Source of the DNA: Rhizaria sp. SCN 62-66
Taxonomy: Eukaryota
Direction: 5' to 3'
DNA length: 64,000 nucleotides
Assembly: GCA_001724265.1 (NCBI GenBank)
Contig: MEDY01000087.1
Span: 62,001-126,000, forward strand
Shown here: one piece after another, positions 63,401-64,000 of the stretch
How positions within the stretch are numbered: the stretch's first letter is position 1
Layout: every line of letters begins with the position of its first letter
The notes under the pieces: generated by a model
What the model was told of the DNA's origin: nothing
Databases searched by the model: none
What the model saw: the letters and a program-made list of their open reading frames with translations, nothing else
Translations under genes and position numbers: made by a program

Positions 63401-63641
63401 CCTCGTGGCAGTAATCCTTCTCGTCAGGACGCTCGCCAAGCTGCTGTGCTGCTGTTGCTGCCGTAGTCGCCAGTCGAGCGGCCAGAGTGACAAGAGCGGT
63501 AAGAGCGGCGAGAAGGTCGAGAAGGCCGGGAGGGGGCGCGACACCCGTGACGCCCGCGGCGGCCCGACCGGCGTTGGCAGTAGCTCCGTCGCCGTGAACG
63601 GTAGCAGCACCAATGACGAGGGCTTGCGCAAGCGCAACTGA
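60423..63641 (+). CDS. PhoD-family (alkaline phosphatase D-like) metallophosphatase with signal peptide and C-terminal TM helix, 1072 aa, single exon
   Basis: RLAFGSCN, FVWLGDAVYLD, GVWDDHDYGENNGD, MLDVRY, MLGREQWAWL, IAGDIHLAE, ELTTSGMTH. TM segment VLMIAVPLLGLLVAVILLV followed by CCCCC. Stop is TGA. Confidence 0.92.
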   Translation: MRAPPAAQAPPRPAPRLTLLLALLAALSCVTVDAFFISLDRNPFLDDFPDVSGDADAASDAATATAVDYCTSDAASDAQRARHAALLARTTFGGSSSSNSSVGGNSTASDPLRRLAFGSCNMQRKSQPAWHSLLALARAPAPAALAAAPAFARGAEIYRARRATHAGRPVTQPAELFPRGMTGGDVLDFLLHRPPPAVAALLTAALTDAPDAPARAAAARAAAEAAADSAVDQGPAVDAFVWLGDAVYLDKPSPILLAPTSVAEMRATWRRQHARAGYCAFRARVPVVGVWDDHDYGENNGDMSYPDKEPAREMFWDFLDVPQPGDIAAKSAKAAADAAVLLSGSKSEGETSGGSKQDVASSSTTPVSADESADVGAATKRAGEELAHDWARSRASKGKGTYSAETWGPRGQRVTLIMLDVRYHQNITAGDMLGREQWAWLGQQLDKAFNGVPSQHSNNNDDGSDADTGASDVIMLGYGIQAVSWSKPISEGWRFFPQARTRLFAELSSRFAPYLAQATTLSPRRDGPASANGINAAGSRLNFPAWVADLTGGLTKSARFSTLTPIEEGSDLEATVAATAASSPFFSPKSASAAGSKRVPPAVILIAGDIHLAELSHTEVPFVTPVGTFDSDLATGMSSAPSGAPAGAATNAAEAAVLWSLPAFELTTSGMTHAWGYSGSQGHPADSLMHKAVTAAFPHVMNSHVTALAPGAAHARGAVAKAATVAAMTLARTLHRLALGAMERARVTRTVPAPPAPGGCPVAATVTEFVRVMALLKGTATLPIAQMPEQGISQVALWACHHADQVRRAAEQWLLEQSTQYMGLNYATVDLVWGAEDAAATARAHSPAGTAAAGLSGLELPAGIAPVRCPWFLSAAEEGESSAVVAVRDASSGEPVVVTPLPFSFLRPRPVAVVAPKAAKTSAEKTSPAHGHGEGLPVVVGLASAAGADPAALTRAAASAAAIALEEATLRLVRPAKITAGTVLMIAVPLLGLLVAVILLVRTLAKLLCCCCCRSRQSSGQSDKSGKSGEKVEKAGRGRDTRDARGGPTGVGSSSVAVNGSSTNDEGLRKRN

Positions 63642-64000
63642 GCAAGCGCTGGCACGCTGTGAACACCGTGTGCGTGGATGGTCAACATAAACGCGCGACT
63701 GAGCTTGTGTTCTGTTACATATAATTAATGATATATGTGCTTGTCTGAAGGCACCTGAATTGAACTGTGATAATTCGCAATGTAAACATCAATACAAAAC
63801 TATAAACCTGACGCATGATACATCTTCGTGTTCGCAGACGAAGGGCCCTGCAAGATGAAATCACGTTTGTGTGTATTAATGGTAGTATAAGTCCGCTATA
63901 TACAATGCTAACATAACAGTATCATTGGCCATCATCTCCGAGAAAGTCACCGACACGATCGCATCCTAACACGCGCGATCGCACTGGCACATGGCACTGG

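Noticed and set aside
465-63688. The many overlapping antisense and alternate-frame ORFs in the track (e.g. 1212..2438+, 10248..11546+, 18079..19131+, 34467..35543-, 37265..38506-, 42253..43392-)
   Set aside because: They are shadows of GC-rich, codon-biased genes, with Arg/Ala/Cys-rich translations and no recognisable motifs.
1-64000. CRISPR array, prophage or bacterial operon
   Set aside because: No spaced direct repeats or prokaryotic gene organisation. Spliceosomal introns and eukaryote-specific genes occur throughout.

Overview
This is a gene-dense nuclear region of a eukaryote, probably a protist. Exons are GC-rich, introns are AT-richer GT-AG introns of about 100-340 nt with many GTACGT donors, and several genes sit head-to-head. 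I modelled 15 complete protein-coding genes by hand: a Ras-family GTPase, an ankyrin/NPF/SAM-like protein, an SH3-like+JmjC oxygenase, a ~3,370-aa coiled-coil protein, NOC4, a Pumilio/PUF protein, an EF-hand protein, mitochondrial uL13, Sec61-beta, a putative secreted aerolysin-like protein, a membrane-anchored PhoD phosphatase and four low-complexity unknowns. There is also a decayed Ty1/copia RT-RNaseH relic. The main finding is that five isolated in-frame TAG codons (26676, 32880, 46030, 50290, 56757) interrupt otherwise continuous reading frames in four genes. All 15 gene models end in TAA (10) or TGA (5), and none has an internal TAA or TGA. This points to a non-standard nuclear genetic code in which UAG alone is a sense codon (Gln is my best guess from context), or to systematic UAG recoding. 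Gene models, domain calls and the amino-acid assignment were made by eye and have not been checked by computation.
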